Shown: positions 39,303 through 52,217 of the stretch, piece by piece
Layout: each line of letters starts with the position of its first letter
Position numbering within the stretch: the stretch's first letter is position 1
Assembly (NCBI GenBank): GCA_002269645.1
Contig: NIVC01001331.1
Coordinates: 248,182 to 312,181, forward strand
Source: Macrostomum lignano
Lineage: Eukaryota
Direction of reading: 5' to 3'
Length of the DNA: 64,000 bases
Notes under the pieces: model-generated
Seen by the model: only the letters and a program-made list of their open reading frames with translations
The model's database searches: none
What the model was told of the DNA's origin: nothing
Made by a program: the position numbers and the translations under genes

Positions 39303-40415
39303 AGGGATGCTTGCTATCGGGGGGATACTTGCTATCAGGGGATGCTTGCTATCCGGAGATGCTTGCTATCTGGAGATGCTTGCTATCTGGGGGGATGCTT
39401 GCTATCAGGGGATGCTTGCTATCGGGGGGATGCTTGCTATCAGGGGATGCTTGCTATCCGGAGATGCTTGCTATCTGGGGGATGCTTGCTATCCGGAGAT
39501 GCTTGATATCGGGGATGCTTGCTATCAGGGGATGCTTGCTATCAGGGGATGCTTGCTATCCGGAGATGCTTGATATCGGGGATGCTTGCTATCTGGGGGA
39601 TGCTTGCTATCTGGGGGGATGCTTGCTATCTGGGGGGATGCTTGCTATCTGGGGGGATGCTTGCTATCTGGGGGGATGCTTGCTATCTGGGGGGATGCTT
39701 GCTATCTGGGGGGATGCTTGCTATCAGGGGATGCTTGCTATCCGGAGATGCTTGATATCGGGGATGCTTGCTATCTGGGGGGATGCTTGCTATCAGGGGA
39801 TGCTTGCTATCCGGAGATGCTTGATATCGGGGATGCTTGCTATCTGGGGGGATGCTTGCTATCCGGAGATGCTTGCTATCTGGGGGGATGCTTGCTATCA
39901 GGGGATGCTTGCTATCCGGAGATGCTTGATATCGGGGATGCTTGCTATCTGGGGGGATGCTTGCTATCCGGAGATGCTTGCTATCTGGGGGGATGCTTGC
40001 TATCAGGGGATGCTTGCTATCCGGAGATGCTTGATATCTGGGGGGGATGCTTGCTATCGGGGGATGCTTGATATCTGGGGGGATGCTTGCTATCGGGGGA
40101 ATGCTTGCTATCGGGGGATGCTTGCTTTCTCGGGAATGCTTGCTATCGGGGGATGCTTGCTTTCTCGGGAATGCTTGCTATCGGGGATGCTTGCTTTCTC
40201 GGGAATGCTTGCTATCGGGGGATGCTTGCTTTCTCGGAATGCTTGCTATCGGGGATGCTTGCTTTCTCGGGAATGCTTGCTATCGGGGGATGCTTGCTTT
40301 CTCGGGAATGCTTGCTATCGGGGGATGCTTGCTTTCTCGGGAATGCTTGCTATCGGGGGATGCTTGCTTTCTCGGGAATGCTTGCTATCGGGGGATGCTT
40401 GCTTTCTCGGGGATG
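39303..40415 (+). repeat. ~19-20-bp minisatellite GGATGCTTGCTATC + variable G-run
   Basis: About 55 units. The 3' third shifts to GCTTTCTCGGGAAT variants. Confidence 0.96.
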
Positions 40416-41344
40416 CTTTATTTTTAAGGGGAATGCCTGCTATCTTTTTGAAGGCTAAATTTTGTTGTGTTCCTTTGTTACATTTAAAAAAAGAGATTCA
40501 TAACAAACATCTTTCATTGTCTGTGACAATTTTACTCGAATAAGGTGATTTATAAAACTGAAGAAGGAATTGGTTGTTAAGAAAATGCGCTTTTTAATGG
40601 ATTTGCATAAATAATTTTTGCTTCTTGCTTATTGGGCGCCCCGAAGGGGGGCAACAGATAGCTAGTCCAATATACTAAAAATTTAAACTACAAATTACTT
40701 AATAACCTAACTAAAAACCTATATATTAGAATTTAACGGTTGGCTCAAGACGAATCAGTGAATATATATTTAAAGATAATGGTGCTCTTGTTCAGAAAAC
40801 ATTCCATTCCAAGAAACCAACTCATCCAGCAAATTCTAACTATGGACAAACAGAACAAAATGGCACAATTTTACCAACTCTGCCCCTTGCGTATCCATAG
40901 GTGAAACTTTGCCAGAAATTCACCAAGCCTATTTTACCCCCAAGAAATCGTTTCCAATCTCAAGGGTTCGCGAAGCATTTCAATTCCAAATTAAGAAAGC
41001 TCGCATTATTCGCAGTAGTTCTTTTCTTCTTTCGTGCAGTTAACTACTAACTTCCTGGGACAGCTTATCATAATAACAAAAATTCTTTGCACGAGGAGAA
41101 ACGATTGTCCAGTCAAGTAGAGTGGAAGGCCGCTAAAATAGCTGGCCCCACTTTGACCAACTTCAAGATCAGCGCTTCAGAGCCCGCGTCTCATTGTCGC
41201 TCGCTGCGCGACAGCGGCTGGCCTTCCGTCCGATGCGCTCAAGTGGCCACTGAATAAGCGGCGCGTCGGGGGAAGCCATGATACTCCTGTTCTGCCGTGT
41301 CACTGAGTGTCTCTCGGGCGCTATCGACTCCCTATAGAGGCATT

Positions 41345-41379
41345 CTCTCTCTCTCTCTCTCTCTACCTCTCTCTCTCTC

Positions 41380-41446
<67 letters not shown>
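41345..41446 (+). repeat. (CT)n microsatellite
   Basis: Visible directly. Confidence 0.97.
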
Positions 41447-41449
<3 letters not shown>

Positions 41450-42232
41450 TTCTCTCCGTTCTGTCCCAACTCTTCTTTCTCCATTCTCTCCATTCTCTCC
41501 CTTTTCTCCTTTCTCCCTGCTCTTCTCTCCCCATTCTATTTCCTTCTGTCCATGACCTCTCTCTCTCTCCTCCTCTCTCTCTTTCTCGCCGATAGCCAAA
41601 GCCGGTGCTGACGGCATTCTTCTATTAATTATGTTGGAGTCGGAGACTTTGAAGACCTCCCTGTTCAGCGCGTAAATCTCCCCGACAGACACCTCACTTA
41701 TTGGCGGCATTCTGAAAAGTTGCTGCTTCTGTGTTAGCGACCAGGTGACCGATGCTCCTAGCATATATGCTATGCGAACATGCAGACATTCCCCGAGGTC
41801 TAAGTTGATCAACTGCCGCATCAATCAATGCGGCCTCATGGGCGCTCGCTGTGGGTCTGTAGCTGGCGGCTTCGCTGAATGAATCAATCGAGCACCCCCT
41901 CACAGGAATCAAAGCGATTGCCCACTGTCCGAAGCGAGGTCCGAGGCCGCCACAATGCATCAATTTGATCTATCTGTCTCTCTATCTTCATCTCTATCTC
42001 TCCATCACTATACTCTTAATAGCGCAAACTATCACTCTACTCACATGGTGGGGTGTGCCAGTGTTACAGCTACTGTTATAGCTGGGATTGAAACAAAATT
42101 TTGCATATCGCAAACCTTTTTGCATATTAATTACCATAACGTTCTAGCTGGATTTCCGATAACATTGAAGCGACAGCCTCCGAAGTGTTAGTTCGTTAGA
42201 TTTCTCACTGTGTGCACTTCAATAACTTGACA

Positions 42233-42431
42233 CTAGCGGCGATACCCATAGACACTAGCGGCGATACCCATAGACACTAGCGGCGGTACCCATAGACACT
42301 AGCGGCGATACCCATAGACACTAGCGGCGATACCCATAGACACTAGCGGCGATACCCATAGACACTAGCGGCGATACCCATAGACACTAGCGGCGATAGC
42401 CATAGACACTAACGGCGTTAGCCATAGACAC
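42233..42431 (+). repeat. 22-bp minisatellite CCATAGACACTAGCGGCGATAC
   Basis: About 9 units. Confidence 0.96.
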
Positions 42432-43394
42432 TTAGACATTAGAATTTGTCTATGGCCAAAAGTGAAGATAGAATTTCAAACAATGACCTGTCACTGTCTG
42501 AATTTCATAAAGTTTTGAACCATAGACATTTTAAGCAATATCTTCCCAACTTTTAAAGCACATATATCTTACAAGTTCAGACTACTTAATCTATAGGGTC
42601 AAGTCCAGCCAGCACAACTGGGCAGAAAAGGTACAAATGAAAATATTTCAATAATTTTACAGCTTTTAACTAATACGCCTAGCCCTATGCAGCCCCTCTC
42701 TAAGCGCGTCAGCTGCTGGAAACGAGGATCGAGGCCTCTCCTAGCCTTCTGGGCGACAGTTGTTGACAGGGAAGAGAGCTTAGTGGGGGAGGGGAAAAAG
42801 ACGGAATGAAGATCTGACGTGAGACCCCCCAGTTCGCATCGCAAGTTCCCGCAGCCTCTTCTATAGGCAGATTAAGCTCCCAAGGTCCAGGGCCTGCTAA
42901 AGACGCCCTGTTAAAGAGAACCGCCACCGTTATTTTTTCTTCATCACCATTCGTACCTTCTCTCACCTTCTGTTCCACCCGCACTTCAAAGGGTGCACAT
43001 TCATTGGAGAAAAAATTAGTTTTTGCTTCCACAATTTTTGTTGCCCATCCGGCTAAAGCGTTGTTGGAGAAAGAATGGGAACCCAATCATATTATATAGA
43101 AAGGGCATTGCAGCTTGGAGTGGCTAATTGGGAGCATTTAGTTGGAGTGCTGAACTAATACAACTCTAAGCGTGCTGTATTTCTCTTCTGACTTCCCGTC
43201 TCTGGACACTTCAACTAGAAATTGGTGCGGAAGTTTCTGAACTACTCAATGATGAGGCACGGGTGGGAAAGAAAAATGAGTCCAATGATACTGGAGATGG
43301 GGTGAGCACAGAGACTCAAAACTTGGCGAGATGGGGTTTCAGAATTCTTAATTGGGGCTTTCTTCGTGCGACTGTTGGCGCTTCTTCGCTTGCT

Positions 43395-43727
43395 GATCCT
43401 GGCGCCCCGTACAGATTGAGGTGGCGCCCCGTACACTGATCCTGGCGCCCCGTAAATATTGAGGTGGCGCCCCGTACACTGATCCTGGCGCCCCGTAAAT
43501 ATTGAGGTGGCGCCCCGTACACTGATCCTGGCGCCCCGTACACTGATCCTTGCGCCCCGTACACTGATCCTGGCGCCCCGTACACTGATCCTGGCGCCCC
43601 CTACACTGATCCTTGCGCCCCGTACACTGATCCTTGCACCCTGTACGCTGATACTGGAGCCCCATACACTAATCCTGGCGCCCCGTACAGATTGAGGTGG
43701 CGCCCTGTACACTGATCCTGGCGCCCT
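43395..43727 (+). repeat. 21-bp minisatellite CTGATCCTGGCGCCCCGTACA, alternating with ATTGAGGTGGCGCCCCGTACA
   Basis: About 15 units. Confidence 0.94.
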
Positions 43728-44429
43728 CGACATTTTATCGGATAAAGTCCCGCCAGAGTGAGTTTACCCTTAAGGCATTCAGTCTTTCCTCTTTCAATTA
43801 TAGAAGAAAATAGCAGTATTGGGATAAGGTAAACAAAAATAGCCAGAAATAGAAAGACAATAAACTACTGGAAGAGGCAGCAGCTGACTGGGGGGAGGCA
43901 GCCAGCATGCGACGCCACGGTGCCAAAACGAGCGGCTGTAGATTCTGTCGCAGTAGAATCCCGTCATAGCTGGCTGAAGTGGAAGAAGATTCCTAATAAA
44001 TGTTTAATTGGCTGCACACTTGGAAGCTCATTTCCTTTTTTCATACGCACTCTGAGTGCCTGCGGAGTTGCTAAATAGGAAAAAGGCTGGATGAAGAATA
44101 GAAGAGGCTGGATGAAAATCTTTGGCAGACTCGATGGCCCAATTGCCACACAAAGTTTTACAGGTGGTGGCGGGCAGATGGGGGGGGAGGAGGTTTTTAA
44201 TTGCCATCCAGCGAGGGAGAGAAGAGCCTGCTCCGCCCTGACTATAAGCAGAGCCCTCGCGTGAGCACAAGAGTAGCAATGTCTGTCATTTAGAGCCATT
44301 GCTGGGATGGCTTGCTTGCTGCTGCTGCTGCCAGAAGACATTTTTGCTTCTTTTGCGAGGACTTTCGCTCTCTCTCTCTCTCTCTCTTCATCAGCTCCAC
44401 TGACCATTCTGACGCTGTGCACTTCATGG

Positions 44430-44740
44430 AGAAATAAATGGTATATATTCCCCATTTATTTTGTTGTCTAGCGGGCAACAGCAAGAGGTGTCTCGTTTAT
44501 TGACCGAGGCGAAGCCGAGGTCAATGATCGAGACACCGAGTGCTTTTGGCCCTAGACAGCTAAATGAGTGGGGAATATGATATGTATCCCCCGTTCGTTG
44601 TCTATGGTTGTTGTCTCGAATTTATCAGCCCGCGGGGCAGCGGGAAATAAATGATTTATTCACCTAGGGAAATAAATGAAAACATGCGTCACATAGACAC
44701 TCGCCCGAGGCAAAAGGGGGATACATTCGAAGTTACTACG
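44430..44740. mobile_element. Palindromic non-coding element with central CCGAGGCGAAGCCGAGG hairpin
   Basis: 44487-44537 GGTGTCTCGtttATTGACC-GAGGCGAAGCCGA-GGTCAATgatCGAGACACC, with repeated GAAATAAATG nearby. Confidence 0.45.
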
Positions 44741-45070
44741 AGCGTACGAGCTATTTACTTTTTGACTCTTCGTGATGGATAGGTTCTGGAACAAGTTTGT
44801 CTATGGTAAAATCCTATTTAACACGATAGGGAATGAGCCCATTACAAACTGCATTGCAGAAAAATAAGTGGGAAAACATTTTATATCAATAATGGACTTT
44901 TTCAGCGTGTAGCTTCCTTCCATTCTATTTGTCCATGAAATGCATTGTAATATTTTTTCTAGGGCTTCGATAATGTACTAATGCATCAAATTGGCTTTGA
45001 GATCTCTTGAGCTGAAGAGGCAGGTGCGAAACTCACAGCAGCCCACATCCCCACATCCCCACACCCGCAG

Positions 45071-45195
45071 AATCCCAGCGCATCAAGGTGCAGCTCTCGC
45101 GCGGTGTCCTCGCTGAGCCGGTGGATGGCCTGCGATCGAGGCGACAGCGACGAGTGCGCATCGCTAGCAACGGCATCGATAAGAGCTTCATCTGG
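45071..45195 (+). CDS. Gene 2 exon F: linker with polybasic RSRRQRR site
   Basis: CACACCCGCAG|, reads (Q)SQRIKVQLSRGVLAEPVDGLRSRRQRRVRIASNGIDKSFIW, donor TGG|GTGAGC, phase 1-0. Confidence 0.85.
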
Positions 45196-45544
45196 GTGAG
45201 CGCTGCCGCAGAGGCTGGAGTGGCGCCGGAGCCAGGCGTGTGTGTTGCCTGCAGCAAATTGCCTGACTAGAAATCCGAGGGAGAACTGATCCCCCCGTCT
45301 CCCCTCTTGTGCCAACACTCTAAAAAACCGATTTTCGCTCTTCAAACTTGAATGGTATTTTTTTAGCCAAGCAGCGCTCCGGTTGGCCAGAATTTTTGTG
45401 CTGGCGATTTTTGGAACCGTTTGCTATTGTGATGCAATTTGAAGCCCCTGAATAGGTTTTCGCAGAGAGCAAATTGGCATTTGACTATGTTTGGCTCAAA
45501 CTATTCTGAGATAGGATACCATTTTCAGTATAATAGAAAATGAT

Positions 45545-46115
45545 CGTTCTGGTGACAGCCTCAGTGAGTATCATCACTCCAGTATGATTCAAAATGATAG
45601 TTCTGGTGACAGCCTCAGTGAGTATCATCACTCCAGTATGATTCAAAATGATAGTTCTGGTGACAGCCTCAGTGAGTATCATCACTCCAGTATGATTCAA
45701 AATGATAGTTCTGGTGACAGCCTCAGTGAGTATCATCACTCCAGTATGATTCAAAATGATAGTTCTGGTGACAGCCTCAGTGAGTATCATCACTCCAGTA
45801 TGATTCAAAATGATAGTTCTGGTGACAACCTCAGTGAGTATCATCACTCCAGTATGATTCAAAATGATAGTTCTGGTGACAACCTCAGTGATTATCATCA
45901 CTCCAGTATGATTCAAAATGATAGTTCTGGTGACAGCCTCAGTGAGTATCATCACTCCAGTATGATTCAAAATGATAGTTCTGGTGACAGCCTCAGTGAG
46001 TATCATCACTACAGTATGATTAAAAATGATAGTTCTGGTGACAGCCTCAGTGAGTATCATCACTACAGTATGATTCAAAACGATAGTTCTGGTGACAACC
46101 TCAGTGAGTATCATC
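45545..46115 (+). repeat. 54-bp minisatellite GTTCTGGTGACAGCCTCAGTGAGTATCATCACTCCAGTATGATTCAAAATGATA
   Basis: About 10.5 units. Confidence 0.97.
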
Positions 46116-46714
46116 ACGGCAATCAAATTCAAAATCAGAACTAAAGTACGACATAAATATAGTAGTTTTATGTTGAATTCACCATTGGAACATAAAGTAA
46201 AGAGTTCGCCACACGGAGAGCCAGTAAGACTCGCCTTGACTCCGGGCATTCCAGCCTCTTAAGTTCCCTATCCTGGCTTGCTCTCTGGCCGCCAAATCAA
46301 GCAAAAGCCTCTCCCTGAAAGCTGCAGTGTGAAAGAGTGTGCTGTGAACAAGCAAACACACTTTATTTGCACCCCTTCAGCCCTGTTCTATAAGATAGAT
46401 TGATTTCTGTCGTGGGTGAGGTTGAGCTTTGGCCCAATCACAATCGATCTGCGCTGAGCATTCAGTGCTGTTGCTGCCTGTGAGTCCTGTGTGTGTTTCT
46501 GTGTGTGTAGGCGGACATGACCATCCTTAAAGAGCATCTGGGGTGTGGCTGCCATCTGCTGTTATGCTGGGGCAGATTTAGTGTGGCTAGGTGTGGTTGC
46601 TTAGACGACACTATTTTATAATGGTTTCAGTTGCTGTCTGTCACCTCCCATGTGTGGGAGGTTAAAATCTCTTCGCTGTTCGATATTAAAGTCTGCGGTA
46701 CTTTTAGCTCAGCT

Positions 46715-47267
46715 AGGCGCCCCCTGATACCTAAAATGGCACCCCCTGATACCTAAAATGGCACCCCCTGATACCTAAAATGGCGCCCCCTGATACCTAA
46801 AATGGCGCCCCCTGATACCTAAAATGGCACCCCTGATACCTAAAATGGCGCCCCCTGATACCTAAAATGGCGCCCCTGATACCTAAAATGGCACCCCCTG
46901 ATACCTAAAATGGCGCCCCTGATACCTAAAATGGCGCCCCTGATACCTAAAATGGCGCCCCTGATACCTAAAATGGCGCCCCTGATACCTAAAATGGCGC
47001 CCCCTGATACCTAAAATGGCGCCCCCTGATACCTAAAATGGCGCCCCCTGATACCTAAAATGGCGCCCCTGATACCTAAAATGGCGCCCCCTGATACCTA
47101 AAATGGCACCCCTGATACCTAAAATGGCGCCCCCTGATACCTAAAATGGCGCTCCCTGATACCTAAAATGGCGCCCCCTGATACCTAAAATGGCGCCCCT
47201 GATACCTAAAATGGCGCCCCTGATACCTAAAATGGCACCCCCTGATACCTAAAATGGCGCCCCTGAT
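46715..47267 (+). repeat. 21/22-bp minisatellite GGCGCCCC(C)TGATACCTAAAAT
   Basis: About 25 units. Confidence 0.97.
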
Positions 47268-47827
47268 GCTGAACATCGCCGTCCATCTATTCACATCTAG
47301 AGATTAACCATAGCAACATACACCACCAAAATTTGCTGCTCCAAATAGCTCCAAACTCAGAGACTTCCTGGCGACGACAGTAGCTGACTCACTCGCATAA
47401 TTTATTAATAAAATAATTCTAATTCTAAGCTTCAAGCCTACATTCGAAAAGTGCACTGCCGCACTTGCATAACCGGATTATCCACGAATAGTTTGCTTTG
47501 CTAGAGAATTGACGGAATTCTCTGCGACTGAAACTTGCAGAAACTTGCAGAAATTTTGATTGCTAAAGTTCACATTTGCATGGCTGATACAAGAGGGAAT
47601 TTTTGTTGGGTACGATTGCAAACTGCACTGAAATTTTAAAAAAATATTCAGTGGTTTATTATTAATAGTCAAGTGACAGCAATAGTGATTGACAGGCGGT
47701 GGCTGGCTGTTGACAGCTAGCTCGTATCAGTGATTTCGTGTATTTAGTTCGCCTCGAACCACTGAGGAAATAAAGTACATGGCTGTGAGAGTGATTCAAG
47801 GTTCTGGTATTTCCTGCATGTCTGCTT

Positions 47828-48641
47828 GTGCACCAGTGACTGACCAAACTATTGCTGACTTGTGCAACAGTGACTGACCAAACTATTGCTGACTTGTGCA
47901 CCAGTGACTGACCAAACTATTGCTGACTTGTGCACCAGTGACTGACCAAGTTATTGCTGACTTGTGCAACAGTGACTGACCAAACTATTGCTGACTTGTG
48001 CACCAGTGACTGACCAAACTATTGCTGACTTGTGCACCAGTGACTGACCAAGTTATTGCTGACTTGTGCACCAGTGACTGACCAAGTTATTGCTGACTTG
48101 TGCAACAGTGACTGACCAAACTATTGCTGACTTGTGCACCAGTGACTGACCAAACTATTGCTGACTTGTGCACCAGTGACTGACCAAACTATTGCTGACT
48201 TGTGCACCAGTGACTGACCAAGTTATTGCTGACTTGTGCAACAGTGACTGACCAAACTATTGCTGACTTGTGCACCAGTGACTGACCAAACTATTGCTGA
48301 CTTGTGCACCAGTGACTGACCAAGTTATTGCTGACTTGTGCACCAGTGACTGACCAAGTTATTGCTGACTTGTGCAACAGTGACTGACCAAACTATTGCT
48401 GACTTGTGCAACAGTGACTGACCAAACTATTGCTGACTTGTGCACCAGTAACTGACCAAACTATTGCTGACTTGTGCACCAGTAACTGACCAAACTATTG
48501 CTGACTTGTGCACCAGTGACTGACCAAACTATTGCTGACTTGAGCACCAGTGACTGACCAAACTATTGCTGACTTGTGCAACAGTGACTGACCAAGTTAT
48601 TGCTGACTTGTGCACCAGTGACTGACCAAGTTATTGCTGAC
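47828..48641 (+). repeat. 34-bp minisatellite TGTGCACCAGTGACTGACCAAACTATTGCTGACT
   Basis: About 24 units. Confidence 0.97.
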
Positions 48642-48887
48642 TGCCGAAAGTCACATGCCCTGTGGAACGCATGGAGTGCCTGGGAATTACTCGCACTTTG
48701 CAAGATGGGAGTAAAACTCGATTTTATCTCAGTTCACCCGACTACTTGGGCCGCCACACTGCCTGCATTTCTACTGGACTCGCATTCAGCCTCGGGGTTC
48801 CCTCCGTCAATCCCAGGCCTAAATCCTATCAAAATCCCTAAGACAGTAGACTCAGGATTTGCTCACGCTGCTGGAAAGCTAGCAAAA

Positions 48888-49003
<116 letters not shown>

Positions 49004-49189
49004 TTAAGCTGCATCTAAAGCCGCGTTCAGGAGGTCAAGCTGGGCGGCAACGCAAATTAAGTCCTATCTGCGATTTTTGAGTCTCGCCCCAGTCCCCAGC
49101 TGGCGATCCGGTGGGAAATAAAAGAAGATGACTGCAGTGAGAAAGAGGGGTTGTGGCCGGAGCTTGAATATGTGACAAAGTGTTCTAGA

Positions 49190-50211
49190 TGTGAGTGACA
49201 GTGTGAGACAGGGAGTGAGTGGCAGTGTGAGACAGGGAGTGAATGACAGTGTGAGACAGGGAGTGAATGACAGTGTTAGTGACAGTGTTAGTGACAGTGT
49301 GAGACAGGGAGTGAGTGACAGTGTGAGATAGGGAGTGAGTGACAGTGTGAGACAGGGAGTGAGTGACAGTGTGAGACAGGGAGTGAGTGACAGTGTGAGA
49401 CAGGGAGTGAGTGACAGTGTGAGACAGGGAGTGAGTGACAGTGTGAGACAGGGAGTGAGTGACAGTGTGAGACAGGGAGTGAGTGACAGTGTGAGACAGG
49501 GAGTGAGTGACAGTGTGAGACAGGGAGTGAGTGACAGTGTGAGTGACAGTGTGAGACAGAGAGTGAGTGACAGTGTGAGACAGGGAGTGAGTGACAGTGT
49601 GAGACAGGGAGTGAGTGACAGTGTGAGACAGGGAGTGAGTGACAGTGTGAGACAGAGAGTGAGTGACAGTGTGAGACAGGGAGTGAGTGACAGTGTGAGA
49701 CAGGGAGTGAGTGACAGTGTGAGACAGGGAGTGAGTGACAGTGTGAGACAGAGAGTGAGTGACAGTGTGAGACAGGGAGTGAGTGACAGTGTGAGACAGG
49801 GAGTGAATGACAGTGTTAGTGACAGTGTTAGTGACAGTGTGAGACAGGGAGTGAGTGACAGTGTGAGATAGGGAGTGAGTGACAGTGTGAGACAGGGAGT
49901 GAGTGACAGTGTGAGACAGGGAGTGAGTGACAGTGTGAGACAGGGAGTGAGTGACAGTGTGAGACAGGGAGTGAGTGACAGTGTGAGACAGGGAGTGAGT
50001 GACAGTGTGAGACAGGGAGTGAGTGACAGTGTGAGACAGGGAGTGAGTGACAGTGTGAGACAGAGAGTGAGTGACAGTGTGAGACAGGGAGTGAGTGACA
50101 GTGTGAGACAGGGAGTGAGTGACAGTGTGAGACAGGGAGTGAGTGACAGTGTGAGACAGGGAGTGAGTGACAGTGTGAGACAGGGAGTGAGTGACAGTGT
50201 GAGATAGGGAG
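49190..50211 (+). repeat. 24-bp minisatellite GAGTGAGTGACAGTGTGAGACAGG
   Basis: About 42 units. Confidence 0.98.
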
Positions 50212-50924
50212 TAAACCAGTAATTGCACTTTAAATGTCGCATATGCAAAAATTGTTACCGGCCAGCCTAGATTAGTCAGTACCTGGAAATAAACTGATAG
50301 AATTGAGCCTGGGCCTTTGCCAATGGGCTTGAACATCCAAGTTGCGACCATAGTTCAGCGAATTGAATTTTCATACTTATGTAAACAACTCAGTTTGGTT
50401 ACAACGGAGGAGTCCCTGTACCATCTGTCAGCATTGGTATAATTGCTAAAGAACAAGGCGGATGGTGGGACAGACAGAGACACAGGCGCCAAATGGGTCG
50501 CATCCGGCCTCATCCTGCTGGCCAGATGCCCGGGCTCTCACGTCGTCTAGCCACGTTCGACAAACACGGAACGGCCGGATTGAGTCGGGAATAGTCAGTA
50601 GCAAACAGGGAATAATTTATGCGTAAACAGACATTCTGCTAGCGTGAACTTCAAATTAATGCAGAATCGAACTTGGGACCTTAGTGCGTTTACCACTCCG
50701 GTACTCAAACCCTGTGTGCATGCAGTTAGGTGCTTGAAGTCCATCCATAACAGTACAGTGGCATAATTATACCAACATTGAGTCTGAGTAGTACCAATTA
50801 AAAGTAAGTCATGGGTACATAAATTTTGTACTGATTACTAAGTTCAATCTGTGTACCAATGTTAAGCCTGTGTACCGGGCCTTTGAACCTACATGCAGTA
50901 TGACACTGGCGTATTGAAAGCCTG

Positions 50925-51199
50925 CGTACGCATTGTGACCCTGTGTACGCATTGTGACCCTGTGTACGCATTGTGACCCTGTGTACGCATTGTGACCCTG
51001 TGTACGCATTGTGACCCTGTGTACGCATTGTGACCCTGTGTACGCATTGTGACCCTGTGTACGCATTGTGACCCTGTGTACGCATTGTGACCCTGTGTAC
51101 GCATTGTGACCCTGTGTACGCATTGTGACCCTGTGTACGCATTGTGACCCTGTGTACGCATTGTGACCCTGTGTACGCATTGTGACCCTGTGTACGCAT
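50925..51199 (+). repeat. 19-bp minisatellite GTGTACGCATTGTGACCCT
   Basis: About 14 perfect units, ending about 55 bp before exon G. Confidence 0.97.
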
Positions 51200-51254
51200 T
51201 GGGGCAGTAATCGGCATTAATAGCCATGTCGGAACCCACCACCCCTGACTGCAG

Positions 51255-51478
51255 GAGGGCGCCAACCCAGAAATCGCAGTTCACGTGTCGATCACCGGAG
51301 TGAACCTGGTGCCAGTGTACAAGGACGGCAACAAGACCATGGGCCTCGGCGGCCGGCAAGTGGACGCCTCCGACAACGCATTCATAGCCAAATACCTGGC
51401 TAAGCGGGACGAGCACACCAGCTCGGGCGCTGGCAGGTGGAGCGCCAAGTTACGAGATGTCCACGCTAAGTACTGCAG
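51255..51478 (+). CDS. Gene 2 exon G
   Basis: CCCTGACTGCAG|, reads EGANPEIAVHVSITGVNLVPVYKDGNKTMGLGG...LRDVHAKYC(R), donor AG|GTGGGC phase 2. A second same-phase donor AG|GTGGAG lies at 51436. Confidence 0.85.
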
Positions 51479-51529
51479 GTGGGCTAGCTTTGCGCTAATT
51501 GCCTCCTGATTGCCTTGGAGAGCTCATGG

Positions 51530-51732
51530 GTTAATTGAGGAGCTCATTAGGTTTATTTAGGTGATCATTAGGTTTATTTTAGGAGCTCATTAGGTTTATT
51601 TAGAAGCTCATTAGGTTTATTTTATAAGCTCATTAGGTTTATTTAGGAGCTCATAGGAAATTATTTATAAGCTCATTAGGTTTATTTTGGATGTCATTAG
51701 GTTTATTTAGAAGCTCATTAGGTTTATTTTAC
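51530..51732 (+). repeat. Degenerate ~20-bp array GAGCTCATTAGGTTTATTT
   Basis: About 9 diverged units. Confidence 0.85.
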
Positions 51733-52217
51733 AGCTTGTTTACTTTATTTAGGCAAGTTCAGAAGCAGCAAATCAATTTGAGTACCAAACCAGCATATGC
51801 CTGCTACATTTTGCAGTTCGCTGTGAAGCAGATAAAGCGGCACATTTTTTCATTTTCTTTTCTCTCTCTACAGAAGCTGAGAAACATTTTCTGACAGCGA
51901 CACGACCTCAACTCGCATTCACTTCACCGCCCCCCTCCTGAGCTGTCGTCCTCAGGCTGTGAGCCACCATTGTCCCAGATCACAAAACGGTGGTCCTGAC
52001 GGGAAGTCTCAATCACAGAGCCATCGCCGCATTTCCAACGCTTTCTGTTTCTAGACAGAGAAATGTGCTTTTTTTCTAAAAAAATATTGCAAAATATTTG
52101 CTGGTGGAAAGATTGAATGAAATCTTTTTTGTTGACGCAGTGTGAAATTCCGCACAACATGGGCCTCTGGATGTCTGGAACTAGACTGAAAAAAGATTGA
52201 TAAAACAGGCGGATTTG

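Noticed and set aside
33374-45000. Additional exons in the 13-kb E-F intron (candidates near 33374, 41596, 42859)
   Set aside because: Stops in the required phase, or no donor and atypical codon usage. E and F already join in frame, though a missed exon cannot be excluded.
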